A stretch of DNA of 64,000 nt, from contig CAXXVS010000002.1 in assembly GCA_963674755.2 (NCBI GenBank), positions 32,001 to 96,000 of the forward strand, given 5' to 3'. This DNA is from Desulfobacterales bacterium. GTDB lineage: Bacteria > Desulfobacterota > Desulfobacteria > Desulfobacterales > UBA5852. Position 1 is the first letter of the stretch. Every line of letters starts with the position of its first letter. The notes below the pieces were generated by a model. That model worked only from the letters and a program-made list of their open reading frames with translations, was not told the origin of the DNA and did not search any database. The translations under genes and the position numbers were made by a program. Positions 28,193 through 38,163 of this stretch are shown piece by piece.

Positions 28193-29428
28193 TCATGTCA
28201 CTCTCACACAAGCAGGCGATTCTCCACCTGACAGGATCCATCGGTAAACAGCGGTCATTTCAGTGGCAATCCCCGACCAAGAGAAAGATCTCTCCATCCA
28301 TGCGCGCCCTGTTATACCCATTTCCGCACGCTCAATGGCAGACTTCGACATCGCAGTGGCTAAAGCTTGCGTCAGATCATCAACGCTATTACTCACCCAC
28401 CAACCACAACCATGGGTTTCGAGCCCTCTCCAAGGCGTTCCCCGGCTTGCGATCACCGGCGTCCCCATGGCAAGGCTCTCCGCAACCGCGATTGCAAAAT
28501 TTTCACTCAGCGACGGCAGGACAAAAATCTCAGCGGCCTGCATCACTCGCCATTTTTCCTGCCCTTGCACAGGTCCCAGCAGCTCGACATTCGACAGACC
28601 ATAGTGCACGATTAGAGAACGAAGCTCGGCATCGTAACCTTGTTCGACTGGGCCAACGATACGCAAGCGCCAGCCAGATTGGTATTCGCCCAGCTTATGC
28701 CATGCACTGACGAGACGATCCAAGGCCTTGACCGGGTGAAGACGCCCTAAAAACAGTACCGTCGGGATATCGACATCAATCTCCTCTTGGGGAAAAAGCG
28801 CGGGGACGTCAATGCCATTTGGGATCACCGCAACAGGCTGCTTGAGCCCGTAAGCACGAATATCTTCGTATTCCGCCTCACTCGTTGCATGAAACACGGA
28901 AACGACAGCGGCGGCTTCCTTCTGCCTCAACCACCAAAAAATCCTCTTCGACAATGGTGAGAATGTAAGCGCCTGCGGCGCCAACATACCCCTTGGGGAC
29001 AATACCAACGGTTTTTGGGCTCGACGGGCGGCAGTAGCTGAATATACGTTGGCCAATCGCCACAACCCGTGCGAATGAAGCACATCCGCTTGCTTTGCAG
29101 ATTCGAGCAAAGTCTTGCGCATGGTGTGCGAAATACCCAGTTTCCCTACGACCGGAAGCGATTTGAACTGCCAGGGATACCTGCGATCATCATACGAGAG
29201 TGCGTCCCTATTATTTTCCAGACGGTTGCTTCCGTTAGATGTCACGGATAGTAGTGTAACGACGTGGCCATGCTCGGCAAGGGCACGGCTCAGACGAGGG
29301 ACCGAATATGACGGCCCCGCTGCCTCGGCATCGAGTGAGGCTACGACTTGGACGATTTGGAGCAGTGGCGATTTGTACGGATCGTTGACAGGAACATGCG
29401 CTTTTCTTAACGACATCTTATGCGGCAT
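28193..29428 (-). CDS. Glycosyltransferase family 4
   Basis: AGPS.SV..L, HSHGLW, SPRGML, VIPNG, FLGRLHPVK, SENF...VAE. Confidence 0.92.
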   Translation of the reverse strand: MPHKMSLRKAHVPVNDPYKSPLLQIVQVVASLDAEAAGPSYSVPRLSRALAEHGHVVTLLSVTSNGSNRLENNRDALSYDDRRYPWQFKSLPVVGKLGISHTMRKTLLESAKQADVLHSHGLWRLANVYSATAARRAQKPLVLSPRGMLAPQALTFSPLSKRIFWWLRQKEAAAVVSVFHATSEAEYEDIRAYGLKQPVAVIPNGIDVPALFPQEEIDVDIPTVLFLGRLHPVKALDRLVSAWHKLGEYQSGWRLRIVGPVEQGYDAELRSLIVHYGLSNVELLGPVQGQEKWRVMQAAEIFVLPSLSENFAIAVAESLAMGTPVIASRGTPWRGLETHGCGWWVSNSVDDLTQALATAMSKSAIERAEMGITGRAWMERSFSWSGIATEMTAVYRWILSGGESPACVRVT

Positions 29429-29448
29429 CTACTTAGCGAAACCTTCAT

Positions 29449-30285
29449 TCATGCATAAGTGTTCGATACATCAAACTGGCCTTCCAAAACATCGAACCAA
29501 CCAAGCGCACGTTGATGAACGATGAGATAGTTGGCCTCGAAAAAGCGATCCAACTCCGGATGCCATTCAGGAAACAACTCAATCCGCGTTGGCCGAATTC
29601 TATCGATGTGATATGGGCTGTCAGCCAGCATCTCGAATACATCCTTGAGGAAGGCACGGGCGTAGACCCAGCGATGGTTGTATTCGAATTGCAGGATATC
29701 GATACGCTCCTGCGCCAATAGCGACGAAGCACCCTGGATCACGCTCAGGTCATGTCCCTCGGTGTCACATTTGAACAGATGTATATGATCTATCTTGTGC
29801 AGTTGGCAAAAACTGGTCGCGGTCCTTTTTTCCACGTCCACCATGCCAAAAGCACCGTATTCCAACTCTTTGTCGTACACGAGCGTATTCGTCCCCCCGG
29901 TAGCACTTGCCATCATCAGTTGGCCACTGCCCTCGGTATTTGACAAAGCTGCCGGAATGCAAGTAATTTCGTCACGGTCACCATAACGCTTGGATAACAG
30001 CGCGTGGGTCTCGGGACTTGGTTCGAATGCCCAGACCTGAAAGTCCTGGCCACGATCAGATTCAATCTGCTGGATCAACGCTTGCGTCCATTCCCCAACA
30101 TTGGCACCGACATCGAAAACAACTATCTTCTCACCAGGTCCTGCGCTTCCGAGTACCCTTTTCTGGACATAGGCCTCTCCGTTGAGATCTATTTGATTTG
30201 CGCCCTCACCACGCGCGAAGCAATAGATTTTACGACCCAATCGCCATACCACCCGCCGGACCCATCCACTCAACTGCATTATCAT
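29449..30285 (-). CDS. FkbM-family methyltransferase
   Basis: VFDVGANVG, AFEP, K.DTEGHD..V..G, QFEY. Confidence 0.92.
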   Translation of the reverse strand: MIMQLSGWVRRVVWRLGRKIYCFARGEGANQIDLNGEAYVQKRVLGSAGPGEKIVVFDVGANVGEWTQALIQQIESDRGQDFQVWAFEPSPETHALLSKRYGDRDEITCIPAALSNTEGSGQLMMASATGGTNTLVYDKELEYGAFGMVDVEKRTATSFCQLHKIDHIHLFKCDTEGHDLSVIQGASSLLAQERIDILQFEYNHRWVYARAFLKDVFEMLADSPYHIDRIRPTRIELFPEWHPELDRFFEANYLIVHQRALGWFDVLEGQFDVSNTYA

Positions 30286-31016
30286 TCTCCGCGACTTCCG
30301 TGGTGTCTCAGAACGATAACGACCACAGGATCATATGGAATATTGGTTGCATAGACGAAATTCAAAAAAGCGCCGATCGTCCCGCGCAATACCCCCCTCA
30401 CATCTCGTACAATGCTACGCGCCAGTCCTCCTCCGCCAATTCTATAACTTCCCCCGTACCTCACAATCTCGAAGCCCGTTTCTTGGATAAGCAGTTCGAA
30501 AACATCACGTGATAAGGCACTTTTATGGGTTGGATCGCCGTTCTGGGGCGCAAGTCCGAATGGGCTCTGGGCATTGGGAAACCGCAGAATAAGATGACCG
30601 CCAATCTTGATCATGAGCGCAAGCGCAACGAGTCGAGACGTAATCTCACTGACCGTGAAGTGCTCAAACACATCGAAACCAACGACCGTATCGAAACGAT
30701 TGCGGTGTTGTTCCGCAACCGTCTCAAGGTTAGCGGGCAGCAGCTCAATACCATGCTCTTGCGCCGCCTGTAGTGCTGCGACATTGGCCTCGCTGCCAGC
30801 AACGCTGGCACCCTGCTCGATCGCCCACGCAAGAAAACTGCCGAAACCGAACCCGATCTCGAAAACCTGAGCGCCCGCGATTTTCAGACCACGGCACTCT
30901 CCCCTGAAATAGGTATCTTCGTCTGCGGTAAAGGTAAACGGGCTGCTCCAGCCTTTCCAACCCTCATAGGCATGGTAGAGGTCATCTCGAACAGGATTGG
31001 ATCTAGTTTCCTGCAT
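30282..31016 (-). CDS. Class I SAM-dependent methyltransferase
   Basis: FEIGFGFG, FDVFEH, PNAQSPFG...DPTH; start taken at MQETRS. Confidence 0.88.
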   Translation of the reverse strand: MQETRSNPVRDDLYHAYEGWKGWSSPFTFTADEDTYFRGECRGLKIAGAQVFEIGFGFGSFLAWAIEQGASVAGSEANVAALQAAQEHGIELLPANLETVAEQHRNRFDTVVGFDVFEHFTVSEITSRLVALALMIKIGGHLILRFPNAQSPFGLAPQNGDPTHKSALSRDVFELLIQETGFEIVRYGGSYRIGGGGLARSIVRDVRGVLRGTIGAFLNFVYATNIPYDPVVVIVLRHHGSRGE

Positions 31017-32622
31017 AAAGACTGCCCTCACTTGATTCAACTTTCTTTTCCAGGTTTATTTTTCTCCTGGCGGATCCTTGCCACCCCGAGGCCGTACGCC
31101 TGCGTCTTTGAGATCGTAAGTACTTTTCCAACACGTTTATGAGAAGGGCGTAAGCCACGTACATGGGAATCACGGCGATAATGCCATTAACGAAAAATTG
31201 GGTAAGACCTCCCGCCGCCGTCGTGATCGACAACAGCACCAGCGGCATTCGAATATAGTTGTGATGCAACATGACCTGCACTGAGCGCCAAGACATCATG
31301 GCAAAAAACCATCCAATAAGCGGCATAATTACAACGATTCCCGCCCAACCAAACTGCCAGTAGACATCACCGAACACAGAGAGCCCAAGGGATGTTCCGG
31401 TATTGCGTGTAACAAGCGTGTAGAACTTGATCCCCGGGGCGATATATCTAGGTTTTCCAGGCCAAATAACGCGCGGGATGAAGAGTGCCCAGGCATTGCC
31501 GAGGGTGTCAATGAAACGCCCCCGCTCCCGGAATCGCATCGCTAATGCCTGTACCTGTGAATAATTGAGCCGAAGCCACCAGGATTCCTCCTCCAAGGCA
31601 TGATTGGCAACGCTATCCCCCACTTTGTATCGAAAATACTTCTGTACGATACCAACTCGTTCCAGATAACCTGCCCGCCAGATAGTCCCAGTCCGACTCA
31701 TGATCTCAGCCCGGCCGAAATGCACAAAGTCCTGCGCCAGACCGTAGACCACCATGATACCCAAGCACGCGATGATCAATTTCCAAAGACGCTTGTGGCC
31801 CAGATAGGCGCCGATGGCCGGAAACAAAAGCGCAGTCACCATGGCTGATTTCGAAAACGTCAGCACCAGCAGGAGGAGGTGCAGCGGCCAAAGCGTCAGC
31901 AACATCCAGCGCATCCTGGCTGAGCCCCGCGCCACAAGATAGGCTGCCATCCCGAAGCCAACATCGGCAATCCCGCCTATGGAAGTGAGTGCGCCAGCGA
32001 CTAAGATATGCAACTGCCCCCATTGGGACGGATACACGAATACATGACTCAGAATCATCCCGCCAAAGACGAATCCCTTGACAAGCGTCTCCGGTTTGAA
32101 TACCGGTCGCCCCTGGCTGGTCTGGCGAAACACAGCCAGCCACCAGACCTTCGCATTCAGTCTCGAATGAAGCCAAAAGCCGGCGACAATGCCGAGGATG
32201 CTGGTGAAGGAGAGAAGATTGGCATAGAACAACTCGACCTCGTCGATGGTAAACCTACCTACCGCCAGCTGTTTTTGGGTTGCTATATTGCCAAAAACAC
32301 CCACCAGCGGCCCAAACCCGAAGAATAGCGCCGATGAGACCAGGAACCAAAAAGCAGGAGACCAGAGTGCGGCCGGCAAGAGGCGCGCAACACGATAGCC
32401 CGAGAATAGGGTTACCGCGATCAGGTAGAGTGGCGCGCTGGCGTTGAATAGGGTGGCAACCTCCTTGTCCGGGGGTGCTAGGGCGGCGCCTGCCATCACA
32501 AGCGGCACGAGCAGGATAAAGGTGGTGGCATAGATGCCGGCGACCGGGTTCCTAAGCGAACGCCGGGCGTGAAAGCGCTGGTTGATCTGCCCAAGCGTTA
32601 TCGGTAGCATGGTAGGCTCCAC
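31003..32622 (-). CDS. Multi-pass membrane protein, probable Wzy polysaccharide polymerase
   Basis: About 11 hydrophobic segments; FIPRVIWPGKP and FGD.YWQFGWAG motifs; located among GT and wzx genes. Confidence 0.7.
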   Translation of the reverse strand: MEPTMLPITLGQINQRFHARRSLRNPVAGIYATTFILLVPLVMAGAALAPPDKEVATLFNASAPLYLIAVTLFSGYRVARLLPAALWSPAFWFLVSSALFFGFGPLVGVFGNIATQKQLAVGRFTIDEVELFYANLLSFTSILGIVAGFWLHSRLNAKVWWLAVFRQTSQGRPVFKPETLVKGFVFGGMILSHVFVYPSQWGQLHILVAGALTSIGGIADVGFGMAAYLVARGSARMRWMLLTLWPLHLLLLVLTFSKSAMVTALLFPAIGAYLGHKRLWKLIIACLGIMVVYGLAQDFVHFGRAEIMSRTGTIWRAGYLERVGIVQKYFRYKVGDSVANHALEEESWWLRLNYSQVQALAMRFRERGRFIDTLGNAWALFIPRVIWPGKPRYIAPGIKFYTLVTRNTGTSLGLSVFGDVYWQFGWAGIVVIMPLIGWFFAMMSWRSVQVMLHHNYIRMPLVLLSITTAAGGLTQFFVNGIIAVIPMYVAYALLINVLEKYLRSQRRRRTASGWQGSARRKINLEKKVESSEGSLYAGN

Positions 32623-32628
32623 CGGAAC

Positions 32629-33576
32629 TTAATATTGCTCAGGTAGGTCGGTAAGCTTACGCTCATCGAGATACCGTTCCGCCAATGCAATGTCATCTGC
32701 CAGAAACGCGTAAAGCTGCCTCCGAGTGACATCAGACACCTCGCTCACATAGGCACTCTTAACCCTGTTGAAACGGTTGACGGTCTTCAAAATCCCAAAA
32801 CCTCGTCCGCCTCTTAATCGGCGCAATGGATCCAACACGGGATCCGCGAGCCGGTACACTTGCAACGCCAATCGGTTCACCAAAGGGCTTGCCAGTCCGC
32901 TACGCGGATTAGATACGCCGAAATCGCTACGGCCATCGTCAGGCAAGCTCAAAAAATCCAATATCTTTACATAGACCGCGCGGGGCGCGTCGCGCAGTTC
33001 ACGCAGGTGGACCACAAGAACCTGATCGCGCTCAAACAGAGCAAACAAACGATCAAGCCGCGCGCCGAGATGGGCCCAAAAGACATAATTGAGATCACCT
33101 GGCCGGGATCGCGCCGTTTCAGGTGTCGTCTCAGCAAGCTCACGCAACCAGGCCTTTGCGAAATCCGTTTCCCGCTCCCATCCTTCACGGACCTTCTGGC
33201 TATGCAGGGAAACTGCAAGGTCAACAGGGTCGCGCACGCACACGATAATACGCGGCCGCTTGCTAAGGCACCGAATTTCCCGTAAAGCCAAATCGGAATG
33301 CAAGTATTTCGGAGTCGCATCGCCTTTCGATTTGCCGACCGCAAAGGATCCGGAAAAGAGTCCGCAATAGGCTTCGAGGTCAGGGATGTGTCCACTTAGT
33401 TCTGCGGTTGGAAAGATATCCTGTGAAAAGAAACAAAGCTCTTTTCTCGGCATGAATACCGAGTCGTGCTGGCTGAGCCAATCATAAAGCGTTGTCGTTC
33501 CGCATTTAGGTGCGCCGACAATGAAAAAATCGGGAAAAGCCGCTTCTGAAATGCTATTCATTGACCGAATTGTCAC
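32629..33576 (-). CDS. Sulfotransferase
   Basis: PDFFIVGAPKCGTT (PAPS loop), DATPKYL, VRDPVD.A.S. Confidence 0.92.
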   Translation of the reverse strand: MTIRSMNSISEAAFPDFFIVGAPKCGTTTLYDWLSQHDSVFMPRKELCFFSQDIFPTAELSGHIPDLEAYCGLFSGSFAVGKSKGDATPKYLHSDLALREIRCLSKRPRIIVCVRDPVDLAVSLHSQKVREGWERETDFAKAWLRELAETTPETARSRPGDLNYVFWAHLGARLDRLFALFERDQVLVVHLRELRDAPRAVYVKILDFLSLPDDGRSDFGVSNPRSGLASPLVNRLALQVYRLADPVLDPLRRLRGGRGFGILKTVNRFNRVKSAYVSEVSDVTRRQLYAFLADDIALAERYLDERKLTDLPEQY

Positions 33577-33719
33577 CGACTTGGTAGCTGCTGAAATTCA
33601 CCATGTTTCACTCGCTTGGTCCAGTCTGTCAGCAATACAACCTTGACATAGTTGATGCCCAAATTCGTGCATGACTCGCACGTCATGTTGATACAGCAAT
33701 TCAATCATGTTCATCGTAT

Positions 33720-35117
33720 TTATTCTGATTTAGCATCAACTCGTTGTGCCTGCCACCTAGGAGCAAAGAGATCCCCTCGAAAACCTACCAGTTTTATTGT
33801 TCTATTCCAAAGAAATGTTTGAATGAAGATAGTCGTAACCACAGTTGCAACCGCAGCACCATTTGGTCCGTATAAAGGAATCAAGATGATATTTAAAATC
33901 GCGTTCAATATGGCTGAAAAACTGAGGGAAAAAGCGGTAGTTCTTTCGTTTCCACTCATATTGAGAAGGACGACTACGGCACCAACACCTGTATTGTACA
34001 GATATCCTACAGCGACAATCATTGCGACAGTATAAGCAGCGGCGAATTCTTCGCTAAACAAAATCGAGATTAGATTAGGTCCGGCGAGCCAGATCACGAT
34101 GAGCAGGGCCGCCGAAGGAAGAAACGATAATCGACAGGCCTTGACCATCAGTTCTTGAACCCGAGCCTTGTCGCCACTAGCGTAGAACCGTGCGATGCGC
34201 GGTGCGATCGAGGCATTAAGCAACGCCTGGGTCACCATCAGTAGCCCAGCAACCTTTGTTCCTACATCGTAGACAGCGACACTCGCAGAACCGGTAATTA
34301 GGCCAAGCATCGCGATATCGAGCCGGCTGTTAATCATGGCCGCGCCCGACTGCAGGGTCATGGGCCACAGGCTGTGGAGCCAAGCGCGCGTCTCGAACAA
34401 CGGGGACTGCGCGCCTTTAACGTCGATCGCTGTAAGACAGTGTGAAGCCATGGACCAGGAAAGTACTGTGGCCACCCCAGCGGCGATGACATGGAGCGTC
34501 ATCACTGTGCTCGAATTGAGGCCCAGAAGCATTGCCGCGCCGGCGACAAGCGCGAGAAACAGCAGCGGACGCGCAAAGGTGTCTGGAACATTGGCCAAAA
34601 CAACATTCTCGAAACCCGAGATGATCGCGCGATAGAGCGATAGCAGCCCAAGTAGGCAAAGCAAAACAAAAGCCGGAACGATGATACCAACCAACATCTT
34701 GGTCGGCCATCGGCCCATTGTGTCCAAAGCGATCCATGCCCCAAATCCAATAACTCCGATAGTAAGCGCGCCAAGACCCACAAATCGGAAACTCCACCGG
34801 ATGATCCCCTTGAGGTGCCGGGTATCTCCGTTACTACGATAGATGGCCACTTGTCGCATGACCAGGGTCGGCAATCCCATCTGTAGCGGCATGCCAAGAA
34901 TAAAGACCCAGCCGAGCGCGAAGGTGTAGACTCCATAACCCTCCGTGCCGAGCACCCGTGCCAGCAACACGGTGGATGCGAGGCCGATCGCCATACTGAT
35001 GGCACGCATACCGCCCATGCCCATGCCGCTGCGCAAGAGCCACGAGGTTTCTCCGTGCGAGTTACCAGTTTTCAGGAATGCGCCAATCATAGACAGCAAG
35101 TCCGCATTGCCAAACAC
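33720..35117 (-). CDS. wzx: Wzx flippase
   Basis: LARVLG.EGYG.Y, multi-TM, D.AMLG, LN.ILIP.YG.NGAA.AT. Confidence 0.9.
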   Translation of the reverse strand: MFGNADLLSMIGAFLKTGNSHGETSWLLRSGMGMGGMRAISMAIGLASTVLLARVLGTEGYGVYTFALGWVFILGMPLQMGLPTLVMRQVAIYRSNGDTRHLKGIIRWSFRFVGLGALTIGVIGFGAWIALDTMGRWPTKMLVGIIVPAFVLLCLLGLLSLYRAIISGFENVVLANVPDTFARPLLFLALVAGAAMLLGLNSSTVMTLHVIAAGVATVLSWSMASHCLTAIDVKGAQSPLFETRAWLHSLWPMTLQSGAAMINSRLDIAMLGLITGSASVAVYDVGTKVAGLLMVTQALLNASIAPRIARFYASGDKARVQELMVKACRLSFLPSAALLIVIWLAGPNLISILFSEEFAAAYTVAMIVAVGYLYNTGVGAVVVLLNMSGNERTTAFSLSFSAILNAILNIILIPLYGPNGAAVATVVTTIFIQTFLWNRTIKLVGFRGDLFAPRWQAQRVDAKSE

Positions 35118-35149
35118 AGGTTCGCAGTCACGTAGCGTTCCAAAACACT

Positions 35150-36286
35150 TTACCCACGAACTGCACCTAACTCAATAGACCCTGCAGTCGCCGATATTGA
35201 TCGCAATTCTCGGTATTTCGAAATCAACTGATCGGCCCTATGGTCATAGGAACAATCGGATAGCAGCATCCTCCGCCGTCCGGCTTCAGCAATGGACGCT
35301 CTTTCCTTATCGTGTAATAGGAAATACTGAATTTTGTTAATCATATCATCCTGATCGACGAAAAACGCACATTCCTCGCCATCGGCGAAATAATGCGTTG
35401 CAAGCTCATTTCGCTCGTGCAACATGAAACCGCCAGTCGCTGGAATCTCGAAAGTGCGCGCGGTGATGAGATCCCCCGCTGGCGCCCATGGCGTTCCCTC
35501 GAAAAGCAGACCAAGATTGATTTTCGCTCCCAGAATGGCCTTTGCATATTCCTGTCCCCAGACAGGGGTATCCTGGTAAACAGACCGAACTCGCGGGCGG
35601 GACCTGCTCCAGCCATTGGGACCCCAGATCTTCACGGAAATTTCCGGCAGCGCCTCCAACAAATGAGCAATTTCCCCTTCCTTCTTTCTCGAAATATTTC
35701 CAATGAAAACAACGTCACAACCGTAGCGCGAATGATCCAGTTCCGTCAGCGTGACAGGAACGTGCACCTCTGGATCGTAGGCGTGACTCACAAAGGTAAT
35801 ATTGGTATAAGCATATCGTTCCCGGAGAAAATCCATGTGCGCAGGCTTTGTCGTGAATACCCAATCATAAAGCGTGATCGCTTTGGCAGCTTGCCCATCG
35901 AAGCCCGTATCAGGATAAAAATTGATTGATACCGCTCCGCTTGCGCGCAGCGTCCGCAGTGTCTCTGGCGTAACGCTATCACCCTTAAATGCGAAGAAAA
36001 GGTCCGGTTCAAAGCCGCGCATGGCAGCAATCAGAGCGCGGTTATACTCGGTAATCATAGCGGGCGCCATGAGACGCCGCACGGCTCGCAACCAACGGGT
36101 CTCCCAACGTGGAAGGTGACTTTCCGGCGGCACAACAAGTACTGAATGACCGGCTCGCCTTAACGCACGGATAAAGCTGTAATCGTTCCCACCATGGCGG
36201 ATGTTACAAGCCGCAAGAATCCGTAAGGGTCCTATATTCGAGCACTCTTCGAGTACGTTGGCTTGTGTTGCTTTGCTTAGTTCCAT
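35150..36286 (-). CDS. CgeB-like glycosyltransferase
   Basis: D.VFIG, Y.KAI...KINL, TARTFEIPA.GGF.L.ER, KI.Y.L.....R..IA. Confidence 0.85.
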   Translation of the reverse strand: MELSKATQANVLEECSNIGPLRILAACNIRHGGNDYSFIRALRRAGHSVLVVPPESHLPRWETRWLRAVRRLMAPAMITEYNRALIAAMRGFEPDLFFAFKGDSVTPETLRTLRASGAVSINFYPDTGFDGQAAKAITLYDWVFTTKPAHMDFLRERYAYTNITFVSHAYDPEVHVPVTLTELDHSRYGCDVVFIGNISRKKEGEIAHLLEALPEISVKIWGPNGWSRSRPRVRSVYQDTPVWGQEYAKAILGAKINLGLLFEGTPWAPAGDLITARTFEIPATGGFMLHERNELATHYFADGEECAFFVDQDDMINKIQYFLLHDKERASIAEAGRRRMLLSDCSYDHRADQLISKYRELRSISATAGSIELGAVRG

Positions 36287-36863
36287 CCCACATGATCCAT
36301 GAGTGGCGATGCCTCACGAACGAAAACAAGATCCATTTGCGTCAGTGTTCTGTCGTAAGGCCTCTGGACGTAGCTATCAATGTCGTAGATGCAAAAGCCG
36401 AGACCACCGAGAAATGCGATGACTTCTTGAGCAAGTGGATTTCCTTCATAGATGCGTTGCGTAGAGACCTCCACAAGGATAATCGTAGTAAATTCAAGCG
36501 TGTGTCCTGCCCCCCCCCCCCCCCCCCCCCCCGCGCGCAGGACTTCGCGCTCATGGCCCTGCACGTCCAGCTTGAGAAGCACACACGGCACGTCAGAGAG
36601 CTCCGTAAGCACCTCACGTAGTACATCATCACATGTCCGAACAGGCACCATGACTGGAGAGCCAACAAACGTTGGACTTTTTAGAAAAACGGAAACCGGT
36701 CTTTTTCAGTCTCTCAACACAGAGTGCGGTTTTCAGCCCTTCACTGAGCAGAAGAGATGAAAAACAAGCAATAGTGAGGCATTCCTATATATCCAACTGT
36801 CGTATCCAAGTATGGCTCGAACCCAACCGCGCACGATTTCAGTGATGTTTATCTTCCGAATCA
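36277..36863 (-). pseudogene. Disrupted FkbM-family methyltransferase containing a 23-nt G tract
   Basis: 3' part LLKLDVQGHE.EVL..EVS....YEG.P..QMDLVF; 5' part from RBS+GTG (~36863) stops early and the DVGAN motif region is missing. Confidence 0.65.
36510..36532. repeat. C23 (G23 on coding strand) homopolymer
   Basis: Directly visible run of 23 C. Confidence 0.95.
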
Positions 36864-36894
36864 CTCTATGCTCTTCTCCTTTAGAACACCATAT

Positions 36895-38163
36895 CTACCA
36901 TAGAGAGAACACGCTCATACCTCGCCCACGCTTGGTACAAGTATCAACGCAGACATGACGCCCATCATACGACCACTTTGGATGCAAGTCGGCACGATAA
37001 CCGGTCGCCCGTACCGCGGAATCACTCGCAATTATTACTTCATCCAGAGGCTTGCGCTGCTCGACATCAAACAGGTAGAGGCGACAATTGCCTTCCTCGT
37101 CGGGGTATGTGTCGTTGATGATTGTAGTTGTGCTTCCCGGGCAAAATGTCGGATGTCCGTCCTCCGGCAGGATACTACGGTCTATTCGGTCGCGATCTCC
37201 GGTTTGGTCTGTAAATGACTGAAAACAGTCGCCGGTCACCTTGCGGGAAATCGCACCTCCAGGCGGGAACAATTTATGGTAAAGGGGAAGAAGTGGCTTT
37301 ATAAGGTTTTTGGCAATAGTCTTTTGTCCACGCAGTTTATTGAGCGTGGTACTGGTCCCGCCGTATCCGAACACGGTTCGATCGTCCCGCCAGCAGTAAT
37401 GACTCATACGTCCACTGTCGTTCAGCATGAACAGATTACGACCATCCGTGTCGGCGGTCAGCATGCGCGCATAGATACCCCCATCGACATTTAGCCAGCG
37501 GTGCAGGAAGACGAAACGGGAGTTGGCAGGATTGATCATCATATGCTCGAGATAATGAACTCCCGCATACATCGAGCTGACTCGCCCAATTTTCATCACA
37601 TCGCCGATAGCGATAATGCGCTCGAACGAGCCGTCGGCAAGTGACATCCTCCAGATACCATCCTCGGGATCGAACGGCTTCTTTTTCTCCAGGCGCGGTG
37701 TGCCTTGATAGTTATATCCTGGGCGGTACCAGAATAACCGATCGTAGTCGATCGAGAGCGCGTACTGACCATCACTGGTGATGGTGTAGGCTGGCATGGG
37801 CAGTACGGTTTCAGCGCCTGTCGCAATATCAAGCACAATTGCTCGGTAGTGGCCATCGCGGATGTCATTGTAGAGGACCCGACTACTAAAATCCGGTCCG
37901 AGCCACTGCAGCATCGAACCTTGCTGCCAGTTCCAGGAGCGCGTTTCGGCAATCGGCGTGAAGTCTCGGCCACCTGGAAATTCGAAGTATCCGATCGCGA
38001 TTGCCTCTCCAGCCTCGGGCATGCGGTTGATGAACGGCGTACGTTGCGCAAGTAGACGGTTGTTGTCGGCATTCAGGGGCGATTTGTCGTAGTAGCCAAA
38101 AAAATAATCGCCATCAGGAGGAGTTTCGTAGATCTGGTTTAACGTAATTGGAGTAGCGCTCAT
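36895..38163 (-). CDS. Beta-propeller (TolB/oligogalacturonide-lyase-like) protein of polysaccharide loci
   Basis: YFFGYYDKSP, SWNWQQG.MLQW, SHY.W, DGHP, R.DLHPKW. Confidence 0.7.
   Translation of the reverse strand: MSATPITLNQIYETPPDGDYFFGYYDKSPLNADNNRLLAQRTPFINRMPEAGEAIAIGYFEFPGGRDFTPIAETRSWNWQQGSMLQWLGPDFSSRVLYNDIRDGHYRAIVLDIATGAETVLPMPAYTITSDGQYALSIDYDRLFWYRPGYNYQGTPRLEKKKPFDPEDGIWRMSLADGSFERIIAIGDVMKIGRVSSMYAGVHYLEHMMINPANSRFVFLHRWLNVDGGIYARMLTADTDGRNLFMLNDSGRMSHYCWRDDRTVFGYGGTSTTLNKLRGQKTIAKNLIKPLLPLYHKLFPPGGAISRKVTGDCFQSFTDQTGDRDRIDRSILPEDGHPTFCPGSTTTIINDTYPDEEGNCRLYLFDVEQRKPLDEVIIASDSAVRATGYRADLHPKWSYDGRHVCVDTCTKRGRGMSVFSLW

Noticed and set aside
33598..33714. 38-aa ORF between wzx and sulfotransferase
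   Set aside because: Too short; only faint resemblance to a sulfotransferase C-terminus
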